Positions 14,103 through 28,163 of a stretch of DNA of 64,000 nucleotides are shown in pieces. Both the position numbers and the translations under genes were made by a program. The DNA lies in NCBI GenBank assembly GCA_951406725.2, contig OX597821.1, forward strand, positions 37,944,001-38,008,000, given 5' to 3'. The DNA is from Octopus vulgaris. Taxonomy: Eukaryota. Within the stretch, counting starts at the first letter, position 1, and every line of letters starts with the position of its first letter. The notes beneath the pieces were generated by a model that was not told the origin of the DNA, ran no database searches, and saw nothing but the letters and a program-made list of their open reading frames with translations.

Positions 14103-14969
14103 TAATCTTATGGATGATGACGAAATAACGAGTGAGGTTAAAAGTAACGTGCTTTCTCTGTACTACCGAGCGCAGCTCTATGTGCCTTGAGTATGTGCTG
14201 TGGTTTGCTGTGATGCTCTTATGGTTACTGTATTGAAAGTAACCATAGGATGTGTGCAGTACCTAGTAGTGCTATTTTCTGTATGTTATATATACTTGTT
14301 AGTCCTGGTGTTTTTGCTACGTATTTGTCTGAATATTTTTTTATCATACCTAATGCGCCCACTATGATAGGAATTGTTTCTGTTTTTAGGCTCCACATTC
14401 GAGTTACCTCTTTTTCCACGTTTTTGTATTTTGAAAGTTTCTCCATTTCTTTTAGAGAAACGTTGTTACCTGTTGGTATTGGGATTTTGCTTTGTCTATT
14501 TCTATTGCGTTTAGTTTAACCCAGTATTTGCCATGAAGGGGCTATTTTTGCCATCGTTTTATCATGGTCCGTTACCGTTTTAGTTTTAGTTTGAATTTCA
14601 TTTGTTTTATAGCTTTTGTTGTTACTTATTCTTTATAGTTGTTAGGTAGTATGGGTTCTTGCTTGTATTTGTCAGCTTCCTGAAAGACTGAAAACATATT
14701 GTTGTTTTGAATGTGTTTTGTGGCTATTTGTATTAGCTTTCCTTGTTTCTGAAGTAGATATTTTTGCAGTCCCTATGGTGGTTATTTTATAATAGTTTCC
14801 CAGGCCTCTACCACCTTCTATACGTTGTATATATAACCTTTCTATGTCAGATTTTGTGTGGTTCATCCTAGAGTCTGTCATTATTTTTCTTGTTTTCCTG
14901 TCTATTTTAGTTCATTTAGTGTCCAGTTAAAGATATTGTAGCTGTAACTTATAACTGGGACGGCTAGAG
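14100..14969 (-). mobile_element. 5'-truncated, internally deleted R4/Dong-clade non-LTR retrotransposon (RT thumb region plus REL endonuclease end)
   Basis: Minus-strand peptides LAVPVISYSYNIFNW, SDIERLYIQRIEGGRGL and EKLSKYK...MWSLKTETIPIIVGALG...IQKIALLGTAHIL are characteristic of the R4/Dong clade. Flanked on both sides by (ATT)n. Confidence 0.8.
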
Positions 14970-15003
14970 TATTATTATAGTATTGTTATTATTATTATTA
15001 TTT

Positions 15004-15740
15004 AAGGCGGCGACCTAGCAGAATCGTTAGCACGCCGGGCGAAATGCTTAACGTTACTTCGTTTGGCGCTACGTTCTGAGCTTAAATTCCGCCGAAGTCG
15101 ACTTAGTCTTTCATCCTTTCAGGGTCGATAAATTAAGTACCAGTTAAGCACAGGGGTCGATCTAATCGACTTAATCCGTTTGTCTGTCATTGTTTGTCCT
15201 CTCTGTGTTTAGCCCCTTGTGGGTAGTAAAGAAATAGGTATTCAATTCTGTTTCTTTATATTTTTTCATTTTTTCGGGGTAGATTAAATAAGTACCAGTT
15301 ACGCACTGGGGTCGATATAATCGACTTAATCCGTTTGTCTGTTCTTGTTTGTCCTCTATGTGTTTATCCCCTTGTGGGTTGTAAAAAAATAGGTATTTCG
15401 TCTGCCGTTACGCTCTGAGTTCAAATTTCACCGAGGTCGACTTTACCTTTCATCCTTTCGGGGTCGATTAAATAAGTACCAGTTATGCACTGGGGTCGAT
15501 ATAATCGACTTAATCCGTTTGTCTGTCCTCTCTGTCCTCTCTGTGTTTAGACCCTTGTGGGTAGTAAAGAAATAGGTATTTCGTCTGGCGCTACGTTCTG
15601 AGTTTAAATTCTGACGAGGTTCACTTTGCCTTTTATCCTTTCGGGGTCGATAAATTAAGTACCAGTTTAGTACAGGGGTCAATGTGATTGATTATCCCCC
15701 TCCCAACCAAATTGAGACCTTGTGCTTATAATAGAAAAGA
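15004..15740 (+). mobile_element. SINE family A tandem multimer (one head plus about four body units)
   Basis: Repeated body/tail units joined at ...aaatag|gtatttcgtctg...; the last unit carries the alternative tail cccctccc...aaattg...ccttgtg. Confidence 0.85.
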
Positions 15741-15748
15741 TTATTATC

Positions 15749-15825
15749 ATTCTTCTTCTTCTTCTTCTTCTTCTTCTTCTTCTTCTTCTTCTTCTTCTTC
15801 TTCTTCTTCTTCTTCTTCTTCTTCT
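15749..15825. repeat. (TTC)n microsatellite
   Basis: Seen directly. Confidence 0.97.
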
Positions 15826-17071
15826 TTATCATATATTTTGTTAGAGCTCCCAGACTTTTGCATGCGTAGCGGGCTTACTACCTACAGCCTACGGTACCAT
15901 GCTATCCATTGTTTTCAGCTATTTAATACTTTTCTGATTATTCTGGCCGCAAAACTTTTTTAACAGTTCTACTGGGCACTCTATTCCAATTTTCTTTATA
16001 TATTCTCCTTTTTTGCCTCCTGATTCTGTTCACAAGGATCCAACAATAATTGGCCCTATCTTCACCTTCCTCATTTTCCATAGCCAGGCTATTTCATACT
16101 GTTAAAGTGTTGACTATTCCAAACATTTCTTTTGCCCATGACAGCATTTTTATTTTTGATTTATTTAAAAATCCACATTTTTTTTATTAGTTACTGTTAA
16201 AAGATATCATTTTATTTATTTGGGGGAAATGTAAACACTTTTAAAAAATAAAACAACACAGTAGCTTTGAAACTTGAATAACGAAGTCCTTTCATGCTGA
16301 AAAGATAAATGTTAAGGCAAGGTATTCAGTGACAAATGAAAGTGACAGCCATCAAACTTGTTGACTACCGATCGACTTTCAATGCGATGCGTGGATCTAG
16401 TTTAAATGAGTACATTTAGAACGCCGGCGTTTTTCTTTTAATAGTTTACATGTCTACTTTGTTCGATATTTACATCACTAATTTCAATCATTTGTTTCGG
16501 CAAACCACAAAGAGATAAACTAATATTTTCGTATTGACTTGAATAAAAATTCATTAACGTCTTGTTTCAATCTAGACGTCCAGCTACTTATCAGTCAGTG
16601 AAACAAGTCCTCAACATAATCCTTACAATCGATAGATAGCTTTGATGTTATCAAATGCACCGACAAGCAGGAGAGAAAGTTAAGACGGAGAGTTTTTCTT
16701 TGCAACTTAGCAACCAATTACGAAAACACTTGAGTCTCCACAAACAGAACTTACGCCATTGCAACATTGAGAGGCAGTTGGTCCTTATTTGTACTTAACG
16801 TTGAGCATCGATACAAATGTTTGCTTTAGTTGCTGTGCAACACAAGAAATGTCTCTCTGATATTGTGTTAATTAAGTTAGGCGTAACTTGTTACTTGAAT
16901 AGAAAACTGAATGAGCTTCTCGTAATATGGATTTGATGACAAGTCTTGTACTTAATGACAGTTACATGTTAATGTCTTACGACGAACGCTTCTCAGATGT
17001 TTTATCATAACACTACGCAAATGCTTAGCTGACGCTCATCTAATTTTGATGTTGTTCTTAATGCTTCTGAA

Positions 17072-18085
17072 CAGTGGTGGGCAAAGCTAATCAAAAAGTT
17101 AACTTCGCTAAACGCTAATCCCCTAACTGAAAAAGTTAGCTTCGCCAAAGCTAAACCGCTAAACAGGTAAAAAAATTAGCGGATGCTAAAGCTAATTGAT
17201 AACCGCTAAATTCTATTATATGAATTTAGATTTGGTTTTTTTTTTTTTTACTCTAAACTCCCTAAAAACAGACCTAAAGAGCTGGAATTTTCATGTTGTT
17301 GCTTTGACATACAGCTTTCTAAAAAGGTATAACATGCCAAGACCAGATGATGACCAAGGTGTACGCAAATAAGTAAACGAACAAATGAAATTAAACATTA
17401 GTTTTTCAGTCAATATACACTTTATTTACTATATAAAAAGGATTAAACAAATCAAAGCGGTATAGCAGAGCGTAGACATCATGCCAAGTTGAGATGATGA
17501 TCAAGGGGTGTACTACTCTGGCTTCTCCATCGCATCGATGTGATGCTGGTTGCCTTTCAAAAGCATCAGCCTCCCAAATTTACCACCTGGCGGAATGGCT
17601 CGCTTGGTCCTCAAAAGAATCAGCGAAGGTCTGCAGCTTCAGCTGTGTCATTACCCTGTGGACAGCTCCCCTATTCTTCTTCAGCAGGTTGTTGAGGACA
17701 ACAACAGAGTCATAGATAGAGTTCCATCTGGTTCTGTTGAGGACCACCAGCTTCCTCTTCAACGCACCCAGAATGCTCTCTGCCGCCACCGTGCTGTGGA
17801 TCTGCAGATTATTTTAGCTTTATCGGTATCCACACTGGCTACCAAGTTGACGCTATCGGCTGCACACTGGCAGGTTTAAGCCCAGGCTGTTGGACTCGTG
17901 AAGGATGGCACCAACAATGATGTACTCAACTTCGTCCATATTCCATCCTCGGGATCCACGTCCAGGATCATATCCTCGATGCCCTCCACGTCCGGATTGG
18001 CAGCAGCCTCAGGAATGTCTGGCAATTGTTCAACTTCTGTACCAAACCTCATAAATGACTTAACAAAGTTTTTACCGTTGTCCGG

Positions 18086-18086
<1 letters not shown>
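17072..18086 (-). mobile_element. hAT-superfamily DNA transposon fragment (one terminus plus part of the transposase)
   Basis: Terminus CAGTGGTGGGCAA followed by multiple gctaa/accgctaaa subterminal repeats. Minus-strand peptides DNGKNFVKSF, CAADSVNLVA (for CxxHxxNLV) and TRWNS are hAT motifs. Truncated by (TA)n at 18086. Confidence 0.8.
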
Positions 18087-18135
<49 letters not shown>

Positions 18136-18136
<1 letters not shown>

Positions 18137-18340
18137 ACCCAAACTTGAAAACACAAAGAGAAAACACAACAACGCGAGGACGCGGAACAAGTATAGTGTT
18201 ATTGGACGCTCAGGAAAGGAAAGAAAGAAGGAGGATGTAACGTTTCGAACGGAGCTCTTCTTCAGAAACATAGGAAAAGGAAAGATCCAAGGAAGGGAAG
18301 ACGGAGGAAAAAAAATCGCCAACGATACACACGCGGTCAC
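18136..18340 (-). mobile_element. Short repeat carrying a minimal hammerhead motif (18238-18268), probably a Penelope-like pseudo-LTR fragment
   Basis: Minus strand: CUGAAGA-A-GAGC[UCC]GUUC-GAAAC-GUUA with AACGUU palindrome; stem I is weak in this copy. Context resembles the element at 6810-7000. Confidence 0.5.
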
Positions 18341-19459
18341 ATTTTGAATGACCTGAAGGGAATGGGTGAAGAAAAAGTTAGGGTGTGAATGTCTGTGTAG
18401 GTGTAAATAGTGACGACAAAAGTAGAAAAGTGGAAGTAGAAGAAGAAAGGTAAAAAGAGGACGAGAAAAAGTGGAAGAGTCAGGACAAATTTTTTTGATT
18501 TATAATCACGATTACAGCAGCGTACTCCGGATGAATGGTAACAGTAACCGTAGGTGTAAAAATCCGGGAATTGGTTATCCATGTCAGTCAGAAGGCCAGG
18601 ATCCGTGTGAGCGTGCGGTATATAAAGTTATTATATATATAATAACCAAGGTGGGTAGCAAAAATTTAAAACTAAGAAGGAAATAATTCACAATTACTAA
18701 GAGAGACAAGGGTGCAGTGAGCACCAGCATTGCTAGAAATAGGAGTCGTAGATTCCTTAGCTACAAAAACACATGGTCTCTTTGTATTGACAGGGGATGA
18801 AACCCTCCCCACTGTGAGCGAGATGCATTAGATTAGCATGTTAATTTCGTATCAGAAATTAATACTCATCGGTAATGCTCACTCCATCACAGCTGGTAGA
18901 GGCCAAGTCATCCTGTCAGTATTATGGAGAATGCCATTGGAATCAGCAACTGATTTTACAAAATGGCAATATGAAAGATTATAAAATAATCAAGGTGGTT
19001 GGCAGCAATTTAAATCCAACAAGGAAATAATTTACCGTCACTATATATAAACTGACGCAGAGTATGATCAAGTCCTTTTATCCACATCTGCATGCAAGCT
19101 GCAATGGCTTTCGTGAGTACGTGGTTTGTACAATTTTTCGTGGGTGGAAGTGAGGCAGGACATATGATCGCAGTATATTACAATCATGTTTAGTTTATAG
19201 AAATCACACAGAATGTAGTTTAACATTTGTTACTAGGCTATTCTAAATTCATGGGAATATTGTTTATGGTCTAATGCCTCGTTATTAAACTTTTCAAAAT
19301 AGTGACACTACTTTGATGGGTGATGCGTTGGGGGTGAGGAATAACCGAGATGAGGGATGGAATGATAGTCGGAATTTGATAAGTTCAGAACTTAAGGTTC
19401 GTTTATTCGTAATTTCATTAAAGACTGCCGTTTTAGCAGTGCAGACTTGATCATGAGTG

Positions 19460-19527
<68 letters not shown>

Positions 19528-20220
19528 GGTGAGTGTCTACTCCATATGCAGAGATTGTTCACCTCCTGTACCTATACCTTAGGACCCATCAAGGCATGTG
19601 ATCGTCGCATTGACCATAATAGAGAAAGTTGAGCCGAGAATCTGCATGAAATTTTACCAAAAGTTTGGCGATACCTACTCAGAGGCCTACGCAAACTTTT
19701 CAAAATGATTTCATCGTTCTCATCCCAATCAAGAAGCTCGAGTGTCATTTTGCCTCTATTATTTGATTTCCTAATTCAATAAAATAGTGTTAAAATAGTG
19801 TTAATCTTAAAGTTGTTAATGTTTGTCTCATCGTCTCCTTTTATAAATACCTTCGTTACTCCCGGTATTGTCACAGGTTTTTCCTTATACTCATTTTAAT
19901 TAAGGAGTTTCGTTACATGTTTCAATACGTAAGTGACGTACTTTATTTTACAATTACAATTTCTTACAAAATATGTATTGCCTACTTCTTTTTAGAATTA
20001 CAATTTTTACCCAGGTTTATGTTTTAGTTTCTAGTGCTTTAAAGCTTTTATTATCGTTTTCGGAAATTCAGCCTCAAGAATTCATTACACAAATATTCAA
20101 TTTATTTCTATGATCTTAGTTTAAGTTTATTGATTAGCTTTACAAATTATTTAATTTAGATTCAGTTTTTTCTAAGTTCTACATTTCTTGTTCACCGAAA
20201 GACCTTATATTTACTAGGCG

Positions 20221-20425
20221 AAGGTAGTGCGCTGGCAGAATCGCTCGCACGCCGAGCAAAATACTTTTCGTCCGTTTACACGTTCTGAGTTCAAATTCCG
20301 CCGAGGTTGGTTTATGACTTTTAACCTTCCGGGGTTGATGAAACAAGGACCAGTTGAGCACTAGGATCCATGTAATCGATTTACCCTCCTTCCCGAAATT
20401 GCTGGGCTTGTCAAAATTTGCAACC
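20221..20425 (+). mobile_element. SINE family A copy (alternative tail)
   Basis: gctggcagaatcg...gttctgagttcaaattccgccgagg...ccctccttcccgaaattgctggg. Confidence 0.75.
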
Positions 20426-20829
20426 AGTATTTACCAAAAAAAACAACAGTTGCTGTTTATAATGCTTAGAATTGTTTCTAAGATTGACACAAAGCAGGAA
20501 ATTCCCAGAAATGACTATTACTTTAGAAATTATTAACCGGTCTCATAATAGAAGATTAAGAGTTTCTATTAGCAGAAGAGCAAAACTAATGAAGAAATAA
20601 ATCAAGGGAGGATGTCTGCCTGTCTGTCTGTCCATCCGTCCATCTGTCTGTCTATCTATCTCATTGTCTCTCTGTCTATCTCATTGCCTGTCTGTCTGTC
20701 TGTTTATCTCATTGTCAATCCCTCAATCAATCTATCTGTCAGTCTGCCCACCTGCCTGTCTGTATTTGTTTCATATAATTTATCTCATTGTTCTATCTAA
20801 ATGCCCATTCTCTATTTCTACTTCTCCCC

Positions 20830-21139
20830 GACACAGATTATCCAGGCTTTACCCGGTAGATCCACCTCTTTTCCTCTTTCACCACCGACTTCAGACTCTG
20901 AAATAAACCCTCAGTATAATAGTCCTTCTTTAGTTAAGCGATGTTTTTTTAAAATCTGGTATTCACCTCCAAAACACGTTTATCCAAGACACAGATTATC
21001 CAGGCTTTACCCGGTAGATCCACCTCTTTTCCTCTTTCACCACCGACTTCAGACTCTGAAATAAACCCTCAGTATAATAGTCCTTCTTTTGTTAAGCGAT
21101 GTTTTTTTAAAATCTGGTATTCACCTCCAAAACACGTTT
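20830..21139 (+). repeat. Recent tandem duplication, 152 bp x2 (20830-20981 and 20988-21139)
   Basis: The two copies differ at one position as read (ttctttagtt vs ttcttttgtt); 6-bp spacer atccaa. Confidence 0.92.
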
Positions 21140-21239
21140 CTTTTCCTCCCTCAGACTTCAGTCTCATTATGCTTACACAGAACATGAATCCTATCACACT
21201 GCCCAGCGTCTAAGTTATGGGTATGTTCCTTTGTCATTG

Positions 21240-21660
21240 AAGGCGGGCAAAATGCTTATCATTATTTCGTCTGCCCTTATGTTCTGAGTTCAAATTCCGC
21301 CGAGGTCGACTTTGCCTTTCATCCTTTCGGGGTCGATAAATTAAGTACCAGTTACGCACTGGGGTCGATATAATCGACTTAATCCGTTTGTCTGTCCTTG
21401 TTTGTGTTCTCTGTGTTTAGCCCCTTGTGGGTAGTAAAGAAATAGGTATTTCGTCTGTCGCTACGTTCTGAGTTCAAATTCCGCCGAGGTCGACTTTGCT
21501 TTTCATTCTTTCGGGGTCGACTTTGCTTTTCATTCTTTCGGGGTCGATAAATTAATTACCATTTACGCACTGGGGTCGATATAATCGACTTAATCCGTTT
21601 GTCTGTCCTTGTTTGTCCTCTCTGTGTTTAGCCCCTTTTGGGTAGTAAAGAAATAGGTAT
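21240..21660 (+). mobile_element. SINE family A dimer with 18-bp target-site duplication
   Basis: Two body units joined at gaaatag|gtatttcg. Flanked by ggtatgttcctttgtcat (about 21220-21237 and 21656-21673). Internal duplication of ggtcgactttgcttttcattctttcg. Confidence 0.88.
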
Positions 21661-21824
21661 GTTCCTTTGTCATGTGACTAAACATGACTTATGCTGTAAA
21701 ATATTTAACATTTTCATCATGTTTTCTAATCCTAAATAACATCACACAGCACCATAAATGTCTGTAGTCTATTGGTTCATTAATTTATTCAGTATTATAA
21801 GAAATGTTCTACTTTCCTTTTCAG

Positions 21825-22058
21825 CGAAAAATTGTTACTACAATGGCAAGATCAAACAGTATATGGGGAAAAAATCGGTAACAGCTAATCTTTACACCTG
21901 TAAAAAATGGCAAGACCAAGATATCTACAAACCAGAACATTTTCCAGACAAGGTTTACCCTGAAAATTACTGTCGTGTGACTCATGATTCTAAAAAGAAT
22001 TGGTGCTATACAACCGACCGGAAAATGCGCTGGGACTATTGCAACGTAAAAGATTGCA
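21825..22058 (+). CDS. Kringle-domain exon: SKNCYYNGKIKQYMGKKSVTANLYTCKKWQDQDIYKPEHFPDKVYPENYCRVTHDSKKNWCYTTDRKMRWDYCNVKDC
   Basis: Acceptor ctttccttttcag|, donor A|gtaagt, 234 nt, phase 1-1. Six Cys with kringle hallmarks Y.G...T....C..W, ENYCR, WCYTT, RWDYC. Confidence 0.95.
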
Positions 22059-23597
22059 GTAAGTAATCTATATTTTACTCTGTACAATTTGTTCGTATAT
22101 GTATGCCTGGTATGTGCATTAGAATATGCTTTTGTTCGTAGTTGAATTCGTAAAGGGAATCGGATAACGGAGAGAAGCTGAGTGGCTTTGACAAATATTA
22201 AATGTAGGTGAGGGAAATTGCAAAAAAGTATAATTGCCGAGAGCTGCCGTTAGAGGTTTTGTAATAGCTGGAGTAGCAGGTGTTTTAATCAAAATGATGT
22301 AAGAATTTGCCGTAAATTTCTCTAGAAATATATTTTCTTTAAATTTCATAGTTCATATTCAAAAGGAAGAAAAAAGTTAAGAACAAAACACGTTTCATGT
22401 TAATTTTAAATAAAGGAAGCTCACGTACGTGTAGAAGACCACAGACATACGTAAGCAATAAAAGTTGTGCTTTCCTGACTGAATGTTATATATAACTGCT
22501 AACGAAATAGCATTTAAGTTGAACAAGAGCGAGACAGTTACAGGATAAAATTAAAATGTGAGTTACTTTTGCAATTGGTTAAATGGAAAAGAAGACGGCT
22601 ACCAATCACTGAATCATTAAGTGGTTGATTAGAAGTAGATATACACGTAAAGGAAAGAGGTAAATATTTAAATTCTTTGGATGTCAGCAATAACTGAAAA
22701 AAATGTCATCGCGCTGTAATATATCTTTGAACAGGATATTGAAACCCTAATATTGTGTTATAAAACTCCATAGAAAGCATAAGCCTGAGATCTCGCAGAA
22801 TGTGCAGCGATGTATAAATCATAAGCAATGCTAATCTGAAAAGACACAGGTGGAATCCTTAAAAGTAGTGAAAGTTGTTCAGCATGTGTTATATGAGTGT
22901 TAAAGATTAGTGGGAAAGGATCACCTATGCCAAACTAATGAGAAATCTAAAATTAATACACTCTTATTCCGGCTTTAGATATCTAATTATAATCAGTGGA
23001 GCACTTGATTACAAACTATCTCGGCACCAATCTCTTAAACCCGGTTTTCACAGATCCACAATTTATATAAATCATTAGGTAGTTACGTCATTTATAAGTT
23101 ATTACAATTAATATGCCAAACATTCTATAAGTAAAAAGAAGGGCAGTAAATAGATACCGACAAATACGTCGAACAGCCGGGATGATAAAAGAAACAGGCG
23201 TCGAAATTTTACTGGTAAAACTGAAATATAAGCATATATTAATAACGATGAGCCACACTCGGTAAACTATAGACTTAGCTGTCAACTGGAATTAAACAGT
23301 AATAAAAATAAACTAAAAAAAATATCTACAAAAGAAAAGCTCCCATTACAACACAAGAGAAGTTCCTTCTCTTATCACAGGTCATGCTAAACCTTGCGCC
23401 TCTCACTTCAATACTGTTCGCTTACAACTGATATAAGACCAAAGCAATAAAAAGTTGAAACCTAACCATTATACTAAAACTTAAACTCCAGAATCTACTC
23501 CCACGTGATGTAGAAAGTAGATTCGTGTATAACACATATTTAACGAGTCTTCCATCAGTAAATATGCGGGCGCGTGCTGTGTGTCTATTTGCACACA

Positions 23598-23722
<125 letters not shown>

Positions 23723-24520
23723 AAAAGCATTTTTAACTAAGATGTTAGATATCGTGTATAATCAATGATTGCTCAGTGGAAAGCGTTGTAGTTGACCGCT
23801 TCAAATTATCAAGCTTCCATATCAATTAGTAATTAGTCATAATCTCTCTGCCTCTCTTTATTTCTTCCATCTCTCTAATCTCTCTATATGTTTATACTTG
23901 TGTGCACATATATGTTTGTGTGAGTAAATGTGTGTTTGTGTATTCGTATGTATAATGTTTCTCATAAAACAGACTTGGATAATTAGCACAAACACTGTAG
24001 TTTCAGCTTATAGAAAGCTCTCTTAACTTCTATATGCTACTGTTGTGAGATAAAAAGTTTTCGCTGACAGCATTTTTTCATGCATCCCCACCGTTAAACA
24101 TAGAAAGCAAAACACAAGAACAACACCACCTACTTCCGTAATTTAACTTATTTGTCACCACCTGCAATGTTTTTTTTTCTGACGCACCGAAGGATGTAAT
24201 CCAAGAGGACATCATCCGGTTTGACAGCTCCAAAACACCGATATTGTTCTTCTTCTCAAATATATTCATTGATTTCACTCACACACCAGACACACACAGA
24301 AATGTCAATATATTCTTTCTCCTCTAATTAGTTGATCGTTTTATGCAGAAGTCAATTCATAGAGCGTTACTGGCGAGACGCGCTCCTCGAATCGAATTAT
24401 AAGAGCTGGTTTCGGATCCGTGTTGGAGCTGTTTTAGTTTATGCACAAGTGTTGTACAAAACGAAAGAATATATCTGGGTTCGGATTCCCACATACATAC
24501 ACTAAGAAAAAGGAAGGAAC

Positions 24521-24585
<65 letters not shown>

Positions 24586-25294
24586 ATTTTGTTGAATCTG
24601 AATAATCTTTACAAATCGTTCCAACAAGTGAGATTCTAGCGATTTTCAACTGGAAGCGAACTTTTCTAACAATATTGAAACACCACAACGGAAATCGCTC
24701 GTCAGATAAGGAGTTAAATATCGAATGCTGATGGGTAGATGATGGCCAGCATTATTAAAACAGACGCATTGGTTGGATAGAACGATTTTCCGACATGGCA
24801 AGTTAAAAACCTGTTAAATCAAGCGTTAATTATCGTAATTATGAAATATAATCTAAAGCCCTGGCTCTCACCACAAGACTAGTAAACCTCATTTCAGTTT
24901 TCAATCAGCACAGAAGAGTTTGACTCACATTCAGCAAAATTTAAAATATATAACTACAGAAATCTTACTAATAGGACCGGGTATATAGACAAAGTAAGAT
25001 TTTTGTTGGCGATGAAAGAAAAATAAGGAAAGGGGTCGAAAGGGAAAGCGGGTGGGTGTGATCTAAAGAGAGATCAAAGGAAAAGGTCTTATAGCAACAC
25101 ATTTACGTAATAATAGAGCCGAGCATAAAATTATAGAAATACAGTAGAAATGATACTGGAGATGAAGTAAAAGATCTAAAATAGAGTAGAGGTCTCTAGT
25201 GATGTAGGAAGCTGAATAGGGGAACCGGAAGTTGAGAAGGCAGAGGTTGAAGTACTGATTAACAGTAAAGTACATGGTGATACGATATAAAGAC

Positions 25295-25529
25295 AAGACG
25301 GCGAGCTGGTAGAAACGTTAGCACACCGGGCGAAATGCTTAGCGGTATTGTGTCTGTCGTTGCGTTCTGAGTTCAAATTCCGCCGAGGTCGACTTTGCCT
25401 TTCATCCTTTCGGGGTCGATAAATTAAGTACCAGTTACGCACTGGGGTCGATGTAATCAACTTAATCCGTTTGTCTGTCCTTGTTTGGTCCCATCTACGT
25501 TTAGCCCCTTGTGGGCAATAAAGAAACAG
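25295..25529 (+). mobile_element. SINE family A copy with target-site duplication gatataaagac
   Basis: Full head, body and tail; gatataaagac at 25284-25294 and 25529-25539. Confidence 0.85.
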
Positions 25530-25874
25530 ATATAAAGACCAGGTGGGAAACACAAGTTAGTCGTTGTTTATTTTACTGTGGGGTACAATAAAAATAAAAA
25601 TGAGTGTACGTATACAAGCAACGGAATAAAAAAAAACAAAACACGACTTTAAATGAAAATTGTCCATAGGAAAACGGCGTGAAATACTAGCTTGCAAAAC
25701 GGAAGCAATGACTTTTTGCAAAATGACTTAGGAACCAGGTTATCAACATGACAAACTAACAACCGTGAACAAGCTAGTAAAGAATGATGTGATTTGCAAA
25801 TTTGATTACAAATGTTTGATTACAAACTTTTACAGCTCTGTTACACTGGCCATACAGGTGCAACACTATCTATA

Positions 25875-25957
<83 letters not shown>

Positions 25958-25985
25958 ATCTATCTATCTATCTATCTAAATATAT

Positions 25986-26048
<63 letters not shown>

Positions 26049-28025
26049 CATACAAACATATTATATATGTATGTATACATATATGTATATATATATATAT
26101 ATAATGTATGTATATGTATATATATACAAACATACATATGCTGCAAGCCCCATAGTTCTAAGTTTTGTTCTGTTTCTTCCATACATCTTTGGGGGACGGA
26201 TGTAAAATGTTTGTTTGTATTCTACGTCAAATAAATCTCGTTACTATTTGCTTCGAACATTTTAATGATCACTATTTACATATATTTGCATGCCTGATCA
26301 GAAGCAAAAGTATATTTTTATCGCCATTTGCCATAATTTATTGCGACATTGCCACGTGTCTATGTGATGGAACTTACCATAAAAAGGCTTTACTAATATA
26401 TACGACGAGAACTGTTTTATTGTTTCAGTTTTGTTTTACAATTTCCTTTTTATCTGCGTCGTCTGTCCTCACTTTGTATTCTCCGCTCTCCATGCATCAA
26501 TACATCGGCTGCTTAATGATATTTTATTGAAGATTATACTCTTGTTCAACGTAGTTTCTCATAAAACCTTTGTCCTGGATACGAATTCGTTTTTCTTTGA
26601 TACATTAACCCTTTTCATTTGAATAATGTTTTGTCCTAAAAATACATTGTTCAGATGTATTTTTCAGAATCTATTATTCTGATTTAATTCAGCAATTGAG
26701 GAAAATCATATTCAAATTTTTTTTTTTAAACTTAAACTCCACTCACACACTCTCATACACACACAACACTCATACAAACTCTCACACAACACACATTCAA
26801 ACATTCACATAACACACTCACACGTTGGCTGAATATTTGAATTCATTTTGTTTCATCGCTCTTTCCGGTGAGGCGATCGTTTGTTTTATTGTCAATTCTC
26901 TCTAAATAATTGAGGAAGTGTGATTTCCAATTCTAGCTAATAAATAATCTCTATCATATATCGATTAATCACTTCCGTTATTTTGCTAACATACTGAAAA
27001 TTACTAGAACATCTATATTTTACTAGCACCTACCAGAACATCTGTATTTTGGTATATCATGTGTATAAAGTTATGGGACGATAATACACCTTATAGAAAT
27101 GTTGTCTAAATGATTTATATAGATTTATAATACTATAGCATCCACGGGTATTTCCTTTTGGTGTGTTGTCTCTTATTCTTCAAAATATTTAAGCAAAGCA
27201 ACAGAAGTAAACAAAAGTTTCTTAGTATGATTTCCTGTTTTCCATTTATCATTTAAACCATATTCGTCTTCACACTCTCCAATGATTTACAAAGTTGTTA
27301 GTTATTAATACTTTTGAATGAAGTAGTTATAGAGGGAGTAGTTACTTGGATTCGACCAGGGTTTAAAGCCACCTCCCGACCACTGCTTACTGGGACGTTA
27401 AAACTTGCTTTTCATCGACAACCATCAATACACTTCAACATTAAGTTATCGTCACGTGTATGTTTGAAATTTTCCTTTGTGATCATATCGATGATATCCA
27501 TTAAAAATGGATATCAACCAAATGATCATACATAAATGGAGTGTTATCTGAGGTAACAAACTGTCCTAAATGAGACATTAAATTATATAGACATATTTCA
27601 TACTATTTTAAAATGAACATATTTTGCAAATTCACATTCCAAATTTTCATTTACATTCCCATATTTGCTTCGTGCATCCAATAAACCAGTAGCTTAGATG
27701 ACTCCTAATATGTTTTTAATAGCTGTGTTTTATGTCTTAAATCACCGCTATATCAAAACAATGTTTTACATTGCATTCTGCTTTTGTGTTACCAGATTTA
27801 TTAAAATTTTTGACAAAGTTTGTGCATGCTGAAAATTGAGAAATATCCTATTTTTTCTTCTTTTGTTAAACTGGCTGAGTTTTACTTGTTCTGCTTGTTC
27901 AATAATGAACATCATCCAAATTTAAATTGGATGAAACAGAAACGGTGAAATATATATATCTATATCAACATAGAAAGCATTTAAACATTGGCATACTGTC
28001 ATTGCTTTCTTATTTTCTTATACAG

Positions 28026-28163
28026 AATGTATTCCTGGTCGGTTTGGAAATAATTGTGAAAAAGAATGTCATTGTAAAGATCCTGACGAAGTGTGTAACA
28101 GCATCCTTGGTCATTGCACCAGTGGTTGTGCCTTGGGATGGACTAATCCTGATTGCCAGAAAG
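28026..28163 (+). CDS. EGF-like (8 Cys) exon: KCIPGRFGNNCEKECHCKDPDEVCNSILGHCTSGCALGWTNPDCQK
   Basis: Acceptor ttttcttatacag|, donor G|gtaagc, 138 nt, phase 1-1. Same Cys spacing as the exon at 10041. This frame is not in the supplied ORF track. Confidence 0.93.
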
